58,140 nt of DNA from the NCBI GenBank assembly GCA_046735315.1, contig JBKPTB010000160.1, positions 1 to 58,140 of the forward strand, written 5' to 3'. Below are positions 43,907 to 52,843 of this stretch, piece by piece. Below the pieces are notes generated by a model. The model had not been told where the DNA came from, did no database searches, and was given only the letters and a program-made list of their open reading frames with translations. Position numbers and translations under genes: made by a program. Every line of letters begins with the position of its first letter. The first letter of the stretch is position 1. Origin of the DNA: Actinomycetota bacterium (lineage in GTDB: Bacteria; Actinomycetota; Thermoleophilia; Gaiellales; Gaiellaceae).

Positions 43907-44791
43907 CTACGAGCCGAACGTCTCCCGGTAGCGGCGGAGAAACGTCGCCTCAGGGAGCGTGGCAAGCAGGCTCCGCTGCTCTGCGAGGCGGATCATGATC
44001 GGGGAGCCCCTCCCGACGTCCACGAGCGAGTGGCCGTCCACGAGCACGCTGACGTCCACGTCGGGCGTCTCATTTCGAATCTCCAGGTCGAGACCGCGCG
44101 GGACGACCATCGGCCGTGCGTGTAGCGAATGCGGTGCGATGAAGGTGATGACCATTGCGTCGAGGCCACGGGCGAGCACCGGTCCGCCGTTCGAGAGGTT
44201 GTACGCAGTGGATCCCGACGGACTTGCGCAGATCATCCCGTCGCACGGCTGCACACCCATGTCCTCGCCGCCGATCGCCCAGGCGAGCTCCACCATCCGA
44301 CCCCGGATCGAGCTCAGCGCCACCACGTCGTTGATCGCCGCGGCTCGCGCACCGTCCACCTCCACTTCGAGGGTCGTCAAGGCAACGACGCGGTAATCGC
44401 CCGAGAAGACACGGGCCAGTCCCGACTCGAGCTCGTTCGGCTGGATCGACGCGAGGAAGCCCACTCGCCCGAAGTTCACCCCGACGACGGGAATCTCGGT
44501 CCCGAGGAATCGTTGCAGCGCCCGCAGCATCGTCCCGTCACCACCCAGCACGATGGCGATGTCGGCGTTCGTCAAGTCTTCCTCAGGCTCACCGACGCCG
44601 TGTTTCTCCACTTCCTCACCCGGCAGGAGCAGCTCCACGCCGGCCTCACTCGCCACCTTGTTCAGCCGCTCGAGCGCCGGCCCGATGGTCTGCGGCTTGC
44701 CGTGTGTGATCACCGCCGCCCGGCGGACGGCTCTAGACGACCGCCGCTGCGATTCGGTCGTCGATGTCATCGGGGAGCTGCGGGCGCTCAC
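43907..44791 (-). CDS. nadK: NAD+ kinase
   Basis: IAIVLGGDGTMLRA and VGVNFGRVGFL motifs. The start is ambiguous (44791, ATG 44770 or GTG 44713); the first two overlap the tlyA 3' end. Confidence 0.9.
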   Translation of the reverse strand: MSARSSPMTSTTESQRRSSRAVRRAAVITHGKPQTIGPALERLNKVASEAGVELLLPGEEVEKHGVGEPEEDLTNADIAIVLGGDGTMLRALQRFLGTEIPVVGVNFGRVGFLASIQPNELESGLARVFSGDYRVVALTTLEVEVDGARAAAINDVVALSSIRGRMVELAWAIGGEDMGVQPCDGMICASPSGSTAYNLSNGGPVLARGLDAMVITFIAPHSLHARPMVVPRGLDLEIRNETPDVDVSVLVDGHSLVDVGRGSPIMIRLAEQRSLLATLPEATFLRRYRETFGS

Positions 44792-45497
44792 GGTGAACGA
44801 GGTGGAGGAACACTTCCCGGTTTCCCTTCGGGCCCGGTAGCCCAGAGTCTACGGCTCCGACTGTCTCTCCCTGCCAGGCGAGCGCGGCCTCCGCAATCTC
44901 TCGGAGAACCCGTCTTCGCACCTCCGCATCCCTGACCACGCCGCCTCTCTTCACCTCTGCACGGCCGGCTTCGAACTGCGGCTTGACGAGCACGAGGGCT
45001 TCCCAACCGGGCCGCGCAAGGGCCAGAACCGGCGGTAGGACCAGACGGACACTGATGAACGACACGTCACAAACGATGAGCTCCGGGCTGAAGGGAAGTG
45101 CACGGAGATCGCGCGCGTTCGTCCGTTCCAGCACAACGACGCGGGGATCGGCGCGTAGCCGCTCGTGCAGCTGGCCATACCCGACGTCCACGGCGACGAT
45201 GCGTCCCGCTCCTCGCTGCAGCAGTACATCGGTGAAGCCACCCGTCGAGGCGCCGACGTCGACGACATCTTTTCCCCCAGGATCGACCTCGAGCACGTCG
45301 AGGGCGTGGGCCAGCTTCTGTCCACCGCGTGATACGAAGGGTGCCGGCTGCGACACCTCCAGCGACGCCGAGTCGTCGACCTGCATCCCGGGCTTCTCGT
45401 AGCCGCGGACGCGACCTGCGAGGACGAGGGCCTGCGCCTGTGTGCGGGTTTCGGCCAGCCCACGTTCGACGAGCAGGACGTCGAGCCGCTTCTTCAA
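44733..45497 (-). CDS. tlyA: TlyA-family 16S/23S rRNA (cytidine-2'-O)-methyltransferase
   Basis: 254 aa. S4 domain (RLDVLLVERGLAETRTQAQALV) followed by an FtsJ-type SAM motif (VDVGASTGGFTD). Confidence 0.9.
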   Translation of the reverse strand: MKKRLDVLLVERGLAETRTQAQALVLAGRVRGYEKPGMQVDDSASLEVSQPAPFVSRGGQKLAHALDVLEVDPGGKDVVDVGASTGGFTDVLLQRGAGRIVAVDVGYGQLHERLRADPRVVVLERTNARDLRALPFSPELIVCDVSFISVRLVLPPVLALARPGWEALVLVKPQFEAGRAEVKRGGVVRDAEVRRRVLREIAEAALAWQGETVGAVDSGLPGPKGNREVFLHLVHRERPQLPDDIDDRIAAAVV

Positions 45498-45500
45498 CGC

Positions 45501-46268
45501 TCAGGAGGTGCGAGTCGCGAGCCCGTCGACGATGTCCACGAGCGTCGTCGTCTCCGCCGGGACCTCCGCAAGACGGGCGCGTGCCCGCGTCGCCGCCTCG
45601 TCGGCCAAACGCCGTGCACCCTCTTCGCCGTGGCTGAGCACGTAGCCGTCGGCGTCGAGGATGTCGTCGACGATCTGGAAAAGCAGGCCGAGCTCGTCAC
45701 CGAACGCCCGCCACGGGGGCTGATCCCGCTCGGGCACGGCCGCCGCCCAGAGGGCCATGCCCACCGACGCCGAGAAGAGACAGCCCGTCTTGAGCTTGTG
45801 CAAGGTCACCTCGTCCGGGGTCGACCCGGTGATGTCGAGGTACTGGCCGCCGATCATGCCGAGCGTCGCCTGTGCGAGCTCGCGACCGACCTCGGGCGAC
45901 GGATACGACAGCGCGAGCCTGAAGGCTTCCGCGAGGAGCGCGTCCCCGGCCAGCACCGCGATTGCCTCGCCGTACTCGGCCCACACGGAGGCACGACCGC
46001 GACGCTCGGCGTCGTTGTCCAAGGGCGGCAGATCGTCGTGCACGAGCGAGAAGGCGTGCACCAACTCGAGTGACGCTGCGGCCGGAAGCCCGACCTCGCC
46101 TTCGACTCCCGCCGCCTCGGCTGTGGCGAGACAGATCACCGCGCGCACACGCTTGCCACCTACCAGCGCGTACCGAACCGACTCAGCCTGTCCGTGGAGC
46201 TCGGGCGTCAGGGCCAGATCGCCGAGGTAGCCCTCGACCAGCATGCGCAGTTCTTCAGGACTCCGCAT
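45501..46268 (-). CDS. ispA: Polyprenyl (farnesyl/geranylgeranyl) diphosphate synthase
   Basis: 255 aa. First DDxxD region FSLVHDDLPPLDNDAERRG and second QIVDDILD. Confidence 0.88.
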   Translation of the reverse strand: MRSPEELRMLVEGYLGDLALTPELHGQAESVRYALVGGKRVRAVICLATAEAAGVEGEVGLPAAASLELVHAFSLVHDDLPPLDNDAERRGRASVWAEYGEAIAVLAGDALLAEAFRLALSYPSPEVGRELAQATLGMIGGQYLDITGSTPDEVTLHKLKTGCLFSASVGMALWAAAVPERDQPPWRAFGDELGLLFQIVDDILDADGYVLSHGEEGARRLADEAATRARARLAEVPAETTTLVDIVDGLATRTS

Positions 46269-46458
46269 CGACCTCGGCCTCCCGCTTGGCCTTCTGCAGC
46301 TCTTCCTCGATCGCCTTGCTCAACTCCGCGAGCTCGGTGAGGACGTCGAGCGCCTTCTCGGCGTCGTCCGCTTGCGAGAGCTGCTCGAGCTCGGCTCGTG
46401 TCTTCTCGAGCCGCGCGAGAAGCTCCTCCGCACGAGCAAGCGAGTCCTCAGCGCTCAC
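46255..46458 (-). CDS. Small coiled-coil protein, possible exodeoxyribonuclease VII small subunit (XseB-like)
   Basis: 67 aa immediately upstream of ispA, as xseB is in E. coli and Bacillus. It has weak by-eye similarity to XseB helices (AEKALDVLTELAELSKAIEEELQKA). Confidence 0.4.
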   Translation of the reverse strand: MSAEDSLARAEELLARLEKTRAELEQLSQADDAEKALDVLTELAELSKAIEEELQKAKREAEVDAES

Positions 46459-46832
46459 GAGACCCGCTCCCGCACGATTCGTCCCAGGATTCCGTTCACC
46501 AACCGTGCAGCATCGTCGGTGGCGTAGCGCTTTGCCAACGTAACCGCCTCGTTGATCGCAACCTCGTCCGGAACCTCCTCACCGCCGAGCTCGTACAACG
46601 CGATCCGCAGGATGTTGCGCTCGATCGCGCCAAGGCGATCCGCCGTCCAGCCTTCGGCCGCCTCCGTGATCCGGCGGTCGAGCTCGGGAGCCTCGGCCGC
46701 CACGGCCTCCGCCGTTTCCTGTGCGAACTGATCCACCTCACCCTCGTAGAGCGACGCCAACGGCTGGCCCGTCACGTCCCACTGGTAGAGGAGAAAGAGC
46801 GCCGTTCGCCGCGCCGCACGCCTCCCGCTCAT
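46455..46832 (-). CDS. nusB: Transcription antitermination factor NusB
   Basis: ATG at 46832 (MSGRRAARRTALFLLYQWDV) gives 125 aa. AINEAVTLAKRY motif. ATGA overlap with asp23. Confidence 0.92.
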   Translation of the reverse strand: MSGRRAARRTALFLLYQWDVTGQPLASLYEGEVDQFAQETAEAVAAEAPELDRRITEAAEGWTADRLGAIERNILRIALYELGGEEVPDEVAINEAVTLAKRYATDDAARLVNGILGRIVRERVS

Positions 46833-47128
46833 TCCACTTCCTCCACGGACACATCGATCGCGTCGATCGTCACCTTGCACATCGTTGTGAGGGCGTCGCT
46901 CACGTTCTCTTGCACACGCAGCGCCATCTCCGGCAGCACCTTGCCGTAGCGGGCGGCGAGCTCCAGTCGCACGCGTGCGCCGTCTCCGCTGACATCGATC
47001 TCCAGGCGACGGCGTCCACGGCGGACCCGCACACCGTCGACCTCCTCCGCGGCCTGGCAGACGAGACTCGCGAGCACCGCCGCGGTGACAATGATGGTTC
47101 CGCCTGGCTCCTCGAGGACGAGGCTCAT
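46829..47128 (-). CDS. Asp23/Gls24-family envelope stress protein
   Basis: 99 aa. The patterns TIIVTAAVLASLVCQAAEEVDGV and VDVSVEEV are typical. Confidence 0.85.
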   Translation of the reverse strand: MSLVLEEPGGTIIVTAAVLASLVCQAAEEVDGVRVRRGRRRLEIDVSGDGARVRLELAARYGKVLPEMALRVQENVSDALTTMCKVTIDAIDVSVEEVE

Positions 47129-48477
47129 CGGGGAGCCCCCACCGCTGCGAGTGCGGTTTCTTCGAGAAAGCTCGTGGAGTAGCTACCGGAGCGGAACGCG
47201 TCGCTGGCGACGATCTCCATAGCCGCCTCTCGGGTCGTCGGAACACCCCGCAGCTCCAGTTCGCCGAGCGCACGGAGGCAGCGCTCGATCGCCGAAGGCC
47301 GTTCCTCGTCCCAGACGATGAGCTTGCCGATCAAGGAGTCGTAGTGCGGTGGGATCACCGCACCCTCTTCGATGTGCGTGTCGAGGCGCACGCCCGGTCC
47401 CAGGGGCGGTCGAAAGCGCTCGATGACTCCCGGTGCCGGGGCAAATCCCCGCGCCGGATCCTCGGCGTTGAGCCGAACCTCGATCGCGTGTCCGCGCCGA
47501 GTTGCCCGGCCGGTCTGGCGGAGCTGCTCCCCGGCGGCGATCCGTAGTTGCTCGCGAACGAGATCGACACCGGTGACGAGCTCGCTCACCGGATGCTCCA
47601 CCTGAAGTCGTGCGTTCAGCTCGATGAAGTAGTACGACCCGTCGGGTGCAAGCAGGAACTCGAACGTTCCGGCGTTCAGGTACGAGATTGCGCGGGCGGC
47701 CCGCACAACGTCGGCCTCCATCGCCTCCCGGGTCGGCTCGTCGAGGGCCGGGGAAGGCGACTCTTCGATCAGCTTCTGATGCCGTCGCTGGATCGAGCAT
47801 TCCCGTTCTCCGAGCGTGAGCACCCCGCCGTCTGCGTCGCAGAGAACCTGGATCTCCACATGACGCGCCGGCACGACCAGCTTCTCCAGGTAGAGGCACC
47901 CATCGCCGAACGCCGCTTCGGCCTCAGCAGCCGCCCGCGCGAATGCGTCGTCGAAGTCCTCCGGGCGGTCGACCAGGCGCATGCCCTTGCCGCCGCCACC
48001 TGCAGCCGCCTTCAAGAGCACCGGATACCCCACGTCCGCCGCGGCGCTGCGTGCCTCCTCGAGGGCGACGACGTCGGTCCCCGGGACGAGCGGCACGCCG
48101 GCTTGCCCCAGCTCCCGCTTCGCCTCGACCTTGTCGCCCATCCGGGCCATCACGTCGGCATCCGGCCCGATGAACACGAGGTCGTTGTGCTCACACGCGT
48201 GCACGAAGTCGGGGTTCTCGGAGAGGAAGCCGTAGCCCGGGTGAACGGCCTCACACCCGGTCGTCTCTCCCGCCGCGACCACCGATGCGATGTTGAGATA
48301 GCTCTCGGTCGCCGACGGCGGACCGATGCACACGGCGCGATCGGCCATGCGTGTGTGCAGTGCGCCCGCGTCCGCGGTGGAATAGACGGCGACCGCCTCG
48401 ATGCCGAGCTCGTGCAGGGCGCGGATGACTCGGACCGCGATCTCGCCGCGGTTCGCAACCAGGACGCGACTGAACAT
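47125..48477 (-). CDS. accC: Biotin carboxylase (acetyl-CoA carboxylase subunit AccC type)
   Basis: 450 aa. MFSRVLVANRGEIAVRVIRA, an ATP-grasp core and EHPVSE. Confidence 0.95.
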   Translation of the reverse strand: MFSRVLVANRGEIAVRVIRALHELGIEAVAVYSTADAGALHTRMADRAVCIGPPSATESYLNIASVVAAGETTGCEAVHPGYGFLSENPDFVHACEHNDLVFIGPDADVMARMGDKVEAKRELGQAGVPLVPGTDVVALEEARSAAADVGYPVLLKAAAGGGGKGMRLVDRPEDFDDAFARAAAEAEAAFGDGCLYLEKLVVPARHVEIQVLCDADGGVLTLGERECSIQRRHQKLIEESPSPALDEPTREAMEADVVRAARAISYLNAGTFEFLLAPDGSYYFIELNARLQVEHPVSELVTGVDLVREQLRIAAGEQLRQTGRATRRGHAIEVRLNAEDPARGFAPAPGVIERFRPPLGPGVRLDTHIEEGAVIPPHYDSLIGKLIVWDEERPSAIERCLRALGELELRGVPTTREAAMEIVASDAFRSGSYSTSFLEETALAAVGAPR

Positions 48478-48479
48478 CG

Positions 48480-50294
48480 CTACAGGGCGTCCAGCGGACG
48501 CGCGACCACAGGCTCGAGCTCGAACAGGAGCTGCCCGAATTCGACCGGCTCCGCATTCTCGACGTGGATCGCGCGGACGATCGCCTCGACATCGGCCTTG
48601 ACTTCGTTCATCAGTTTCATCGCCTCGAGAATGCAGAGGGTCTGCCCTGGCCCGACGGGCTGCCCCTCCTCCACGAACGGCTCCGCGCCCGGTTGGGGAG
48701 CCCGGTAGAACGTCCCGACCATCGGCGCTTCGACCCGAACGATCCCGTTCGGCGACGGCGCAACCGGTTCGAGTGCGTCTTCGTCCTCTGCGGCGAGCGG
48801 AGAATCGGTAGTCGGGGGAATGAATTCGCGATCTTCCGTGCGTCGTACCGAGACGCGCATCCCCGCCTCTTCGATCGTGACCTCGCCGATGCCCGTCTCC
48901 TGCACGATACGGACGAGCTCACGAATCCGTTCGGCGCGCGCCTGGTCGACGCCACCGGTAGCCAGCGTCGCGTCGCCGCTCGAACGACCGCGAATCGTCC
49001 GGAGCAGTGGCTCGGCCTCGTCGCCGAACAGGCCGAGCAGGAGCAGCTCCTCCTCGCTCGATGCGAGCCCTTCTGCCTGCGCCCGAACCTCTTGCAGAGG
49101 CGGCGCCGTGTCCTCGACCGAGTCGGGATCCGCGGTCAACGCGACCGCGCGCACGACGCTCTTTTCGATCGGCGCAGGAGGCGTCCCCAGACGTCCCTCG
49201 ACGAGCGCCCGCAACTCGTCCACGACCACCGAGTACCGGCTGGCCGAGAGGACGTTCAGCAAAGCCTGCGAGCCGAGAACCTGTCCGATCGGCGAAGCGA
49301 GCGGAGGCCAGCCGACCTCCGAGCGGATGAGGACGAGCTCGGCGATCGTCTCGTCGAGCCGGTCCCCCGCCGCCTGCGCTCGCAGGTTGGCATCGAGCGC
49401 CGTCACGAGGCTCGCGGGCAGGTTGTGTTGTGCTGCGCGCACGGCGATCCGAGGTGCCAGCGGCGTCACGGGCTCGTCGCCGATGTGCTCGTCGACGACA
49501 TCGGCAGCCTCCCAGAGCTTCGAGACGTCGACGTCGCAGTCGAGCCCGAGGCCGGCAAGTGCCTCCGCCAGCGCTTCGCCGGAGACGCGGTGCAGCGTGA
49601 GGGCGATGGGGTAGACCGCGGAGGCGATCAGGTCCGCCCCCGCGCGCGCCGCCTCGAGCGCTGCCGCGAGTGCGTTGCCGCCTGATCCCTGGCAGTAGAT
49701 GCCCACCGGCAAGCCCGTCTCCTCGCGCAGCCCCGTGACCAGCTCGTGCGCGCGATGCGGCTGCAGCGATCCGGTCGGGTCGTGGAGCAGCACGCGAACG
49801 GCACCGAGATCCGGCAACTCGCTCGCCTGAGCCATCAGCGGATCCGTCTCGCCGCTCCGACCGGGGCTGTAGACGAGGCCGGCCTCGAACTCGCCGCCCG
49901 CCCTGGCCACCGCATCCGCCGCCTCCCGCAGATTCGATACGTCGTTGAGGGGATCGTGCAGCCGGAAGACGTCGATGCCGTTCTCGGCCGCAGAGGCGAT
50001 GAACCTCCGAATGAAGTCGTTGTCGACCGGTCGTGAGCCGACGAGAAGACGACCGCGCAGCGCAAGCCCGAGTGGAGTCTCGATGTGCGCCTTCAACGCA
50101 CGGATCCGTTCCCACGGGCTCTCCAGGCCCCTGCGCACGGCACTGTCGAAGCAGCCTCCACCCGAGACCTCGAGATACGCGAACCCCGCCCGGTCGAGGA
50201 TCTCGCCGATCCTGAGCTGCTCAGAGGTCGGCAGCCGACCCGCGAGCGGCTCCTGGCCGAGCAGGCGGACCGTTGTGTCGACGAGCGCCGGCAT
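48480..50294 (-). CDS. Fusion of an oxaloacetate-decarboxylase-alpha/pyruvate-carboxylase-B-type carboxyltransferase domain (metal ligands substituted) with an AccB-type biotin carboxyl carrier
   Basis: 604 aa. The N-terminal 450 aa align by eye with OadA/5S/PycB (FRLHDPLNDVSNL, SPIGQVLGSQALLNVL). The C-terminal 80 aa are canonical AccB (PMVGTFYRAPQPG ... LCILEAMKLMNEV). Confidence 0.8.
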   Translation of the reverse strand: MPALVDTTVRLLGQEPLAGRLPTSEQLRIGEILDRAGFAYLEVSGGGCFDSAVRRGLESPWERIRALKAHIETPLGLALRGRLLVGSRPVDNDFIRRFIASAAENGIDVFRLHDPLNDVSNLREAADAVARAGGEFEAGLVYSPGRSGETDPLMAQASELPDLGAVRVLLHDPTGSLQPHRAHELVTGLREETGLPVGIYCQGSGGNALAAALEAARAGADLIASAVYPIALTLHRVSGEALAEALAGLGLDCDVDVSKLWEAADVVDEHIGDEPVTPLAPRIAVRAAQHNLPASLVTALDANLRAQAAGDRLDETIAELVLIRSEVGWPPLASPIGQVLGSQALLNVLSASRYSVVVDELRALVEGRLGTPPAPIEKSVVRAVALTADPDSVEDTAPPLQEVRAQAEGLASSEEELLLLGLFGDEAEPLLRTIRGRSSGDATLATGGVDQARAERIRELVRIVQETGIGEVTIEEAGMRVSVRRTEDREFIPPTTDSPLAAEDEDALEPVAPSPNGIVRVEAPMVGTFYRAPQPGAEPFVEEGQPVGPGQTLCILEAMKLMNEVKADVEAIVRAIHVENAEPVEFGQLLFELEPVVARPLDAL

Positions 50295-50333
50295 GCGGGG
50301 AGCCTAGCGCCGCAGCGATAGGTTTACCCCACG

Positions 50334-50936
50334 ATGGACGTGCAGGAACTGCGGCCCGGGTTGTGGCGCTGGACGGCGACTCATCCCGAGTGGGAGCACG
50401 CGGAGAACTGGGGCCCTGAGGTCTCGTCGGTGTACGCAGAGCTACCGCAGGCGCTCGTGGTGATCGACCCGCTCGTCCCGGCCGACGAGGACCAGCGATT
50501 CTGGTCAGCCCTCGACCGGGACGTCGAGCAGCTGGCGCGGCCGGTGTACGTGCTGCTGACGGTGCACTGGCACGAGCGCAGCGTCGCGGCGGTCCTCGAT
50601 CGCTATGGAGCCACCCTCTGGCGGCCGGAACAAAAAGGGGAGCTTCCGGAAGGAGTGCGGGCGGAGCTCGTCCACGGCGGCGATTGGGTCGAGGCGCTCT
50701 TCTACGTCGAACCACATCGCGCGCTGGTTGCAGGCGACCTCCTCATCGGGCAGGACGGAGGCCTGGAGTTGCCCGTCCTCTGGTTTCCGAAGGGCGAGCA
50801 GGAGTGGGCCGAGAACACCCTCAAGCCTGAGCTCAGGAAGCGGCTCAAAAGGCTTCCGGTCGACCTGGTGCTCGTCTCGCACGGCGAGCCCGTGCTCACC
50901 GACGGGCGCGCCGCACTCGACCGCGCGCTGTCCTAG
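50334..50936 (+). CDS. MBL-fold-like hypothetical protein with a degenerate HxHxDH motif (HWHERS)
   Basis: 200 aa. VVIDPL ... VLLTVHWHERS ... LVSHGEPV follow the order expected for a metallo-beta-lactamase fold, but Asp/His of the motif are replaced. Confidence 0.45.
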   Translation: MDVQELRPGLWRWTATHPEWEHAENWGPEVSSVYAELPQALVVIDPLVPADEDQRFWSALDRDVEQLARPVYVLLTVHWHERSVAAVLDRYGATLWRPEQKGELPEGVRAELVHGGDWVEALFYVEPHRALVAGDLLIGQDGGLELPVLWFPKGEQEWAENTLKPELRKRLKRLPVDLVLVSHGEPVLTDGRAALDRALS

Positions 50937-50977
50937 GCGCGGGAGATTGCTGGGGCTAGAGTCCAGGCCCCCCTTAC

Positions 50978-51172
50978 TCAGTCGTTGCCGGACCAGGGCT
51001 CGTCGCTCGACCCCATCATCTGGGCGTTCGTCGACGTCTCGCGCTCTTCCTCGCCCGGCGGAGTGGCCACAGGCTCCCCACCCTCGGCATGGGTCTCGGC
51101 GTCATCCTTCGCGCCGGTGAGCAAACGCTTGATCTCGTCCAGCAGCCCGATGGCACGAGTATATGTGTGCAC
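50978..51172 (-). CDS. Hypothetical small acidic protein
   Basis: 64-aa ORF (GTG start) downstream of efp. It has an amphipathic N-terminal helix and an acidic tail. No good SD sequence and I recognise no family. Confidence 0.3.
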   Translation of the reverse strand: MHTYTRAIGLLDEIKRLLTGAKDDAETHAEGGEPVATPPGEEERETSTNAQMMGSSDEPWSGND

Positions 51173-51225
51173 CCTGCGCCAGGAAGTACCTCCACGTGGT
51201 GCAGACGGGTTGAGACGTCGGGTGA

Positions 51226-51792
51226 TCAGGCTCGCGAGATGTAGCGCTTCTCGCGCGGGTCGACCTTGATGCGCTCGCCCGTGTTCACGAACAGCGGGAC
51301 CTGGACGACGGCGCCGGTCTCCAGCGTTGCGGGCTTGGTCACGTTCGAGACGGTGTCGCCTTTCACACCGGGCTCGGTCTCTGAGACCGTGAGCTCCACC
51401 GAGGCCGGCAGCTGCACTCCCGACGGGACACCGTTGACGAGCATCATCTGCACTGTGCTCGAGGGCTGCATGAAGTCGAGTGCGTCTTCGACGGTTGCGC
51501 GCGGCAAGGTCGTCTGCTCATAGCTGTTCTGGTCCATGAAGACGACCTCGTCCCCCGCGTCGTAGAGGTACTGCATGTCCTTCGTCTCCGTGCGTACTCG
51601 CGGAAACTTCTCGCCCGCGCGAAACGTCCTCTCGACGACCGCGCCCGTGTCGAGACCTTTGAGCTTCGTGCGCACGAACGCTCCGCCCTTGCCGGGCTTG
51701 ACGTGCTGGAACTCGACGATCCGCCAGTACGAGCCGTCGAGCTCGATGTGCATCCCGTTCTTGAACTGATTCGTGTTGACGGTTTCGGCCAT
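51226..51792 (-). CDS. efp: Elongation factor P
   Basis: 188 aa. FKNGMHIELDGSYWRIVEFQHVKPGKGGAFVRTKLK. Confidence 0.97.
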   Translation of the reverse strand: MAETVNTNQFKNGMHIELDGSYWRIVEFQHVKPGKGGAFVRTKLKGLDTGAVVERTFRAGEKFPRVRTETKDMQYLYDAGDEVVFMDQNSYEQTTLPRATVEDALDFMQPSSTVQMMLVNGVPSGVQLPASVELTVSETEPGVKGDTVSNVTKPATLETGAVVQVPLFVNTGERIKVDPREKRYISRA

Positions 51793-51805
51793 CCGCGGCT
51801 ACAGG

Positions 51806-52843
51806 CTAGTCGACGTCGATCAGGTCCTTGCGGACGCTCGTGTAGTTGTCGATTCCGTCGTCGGTGACCACCACGTCGTCCTCGATCCGGATACCGGCCC
51901 GTCCTTCGAGGTAGAGGCCCGGCTCGACCGTGACCACGTTGCCCGGCGCTAGCGTGTCGGATGACTCCGTGGACAGGCGAGGCGCCTCGTGAACCTCGAG
52001 ACCGAGGCCATGCCCGAGGCCGTGGCCGAACAGCCCTGCGAAGGGGCTATCCTCGACGACGAGCCGAGCAGCAGCGTCTGCATCGAACCCGGTCACACCG
52101 GGCCCGACCGCGTCGAGTCCGGCCTGCTGAGCGGTTGCCACGACGACGTAAGCGTCGCGGACGTCTTCGTCGAGGGGGCCCGTTGCGAAGGTGCGCGTGT
52201 AGTCGGAGACATAGCCCCCGATGGTGCAGCCGGTGTCGACGATCACCGTCTCACGCCGGCGGATCTCGCGGTCGGTTGCTCGCCCATGCGGCCGGGCCGA
52301 GTTGGGTCCGGATGCGACGATCGTGTTGAAGGCGACGGTCTCGGCGCCTTCCTCGTGGAACAGTTGCTCGATCGTCCACGCGACCTCGCGCTCGGTGCGT
52401 CCGACGAAGCGCTCCTCCGCCAACCGTTCGAAGACGCGGTCGGCGATCTCGCAGGCCTCCTTCAGCGCGGCGAGCTCGCGCTCGTCCTTCGCTGCCCTCA
52501 ACGCCTCGACCTTGCCGCGCCGGGGCCGGAGCTCGACCGAACCGGCCCGCAACGTCTCGAAACCGCTGTACGAGACGGCGTCGGCCTCGAATCCAACCGG
52601 ACCGGACAGCCGCTCGGCGAGATCTTCGAGCAGCCCGCGCTTCGTCTCCTGGAAGCGAACGCCCTCCACGGCGCGGGCTGCCTCCGCGTACCGGAAGTCG
52701 GAGAACAACTGCACGTCGTCGGCGCCGACGAGGAGGGCCGCATTCGAGCTCTTGAAGCCGACGAGATAGAGAACGTTGATGGGGTTGGTGACGAGCAGTG
52801 GTTCTTCGAGCGACTCCTGCAGGCGCCGCACGCGTTCGCTCAC
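51806..52843 (-). CDS. pepP: Xaa-Pro aminopeptidase (M24B)
   Basis: GTG at 52843 (VSERVRRLQESL) gives 345 aa with GTGA overlap with aroQ. M24 metal contexts VDTGCTIGGYVSD, HGLGHGLGLEVHE, VEPGLY and IRIEDDV. Confidence 0.9.
   Translation of the reverse strand: MSERVRRLQESLEEPLLVTNPINVLYLVGFKSSNAALLVGADDVQLFSDFRYAEAARAVEGVRFQETKRGLLEDLAERLSGPVGFEADAVSYSGFETLRAGSVELRPRRGKVEALRAAKDERELAALKEACEIADRVFERLAEERFVGRTEREVAWTIEQLFHEEGAETVAFNTIVASGPNSARPHGRATDREIRRRETVIVDTGCTIGGYVSDYTRTFATGPLDEDVRDAYVVVATAQQAGLDAVGPGVTGFDADAAARLVVEDSPFAGLFGHGLGHGLGLEVHEAPRLSTESSDTLAPGNVVTVEPGLYLEGRAGIRIEDDVVVTDDGIDNYTSVRKDLIDVD

Noticed and set aside
50945-50975. Possible bidirectional terminator hairpin (GGGGC ... GCCCC / CTGG ... 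CCAG) between the MBL-like gene and the small acidic ORF.
   Set aside because: Stems are only 4-5 bp with alternative registers and no flanking T/A tract, so this is not distinguishable from background.
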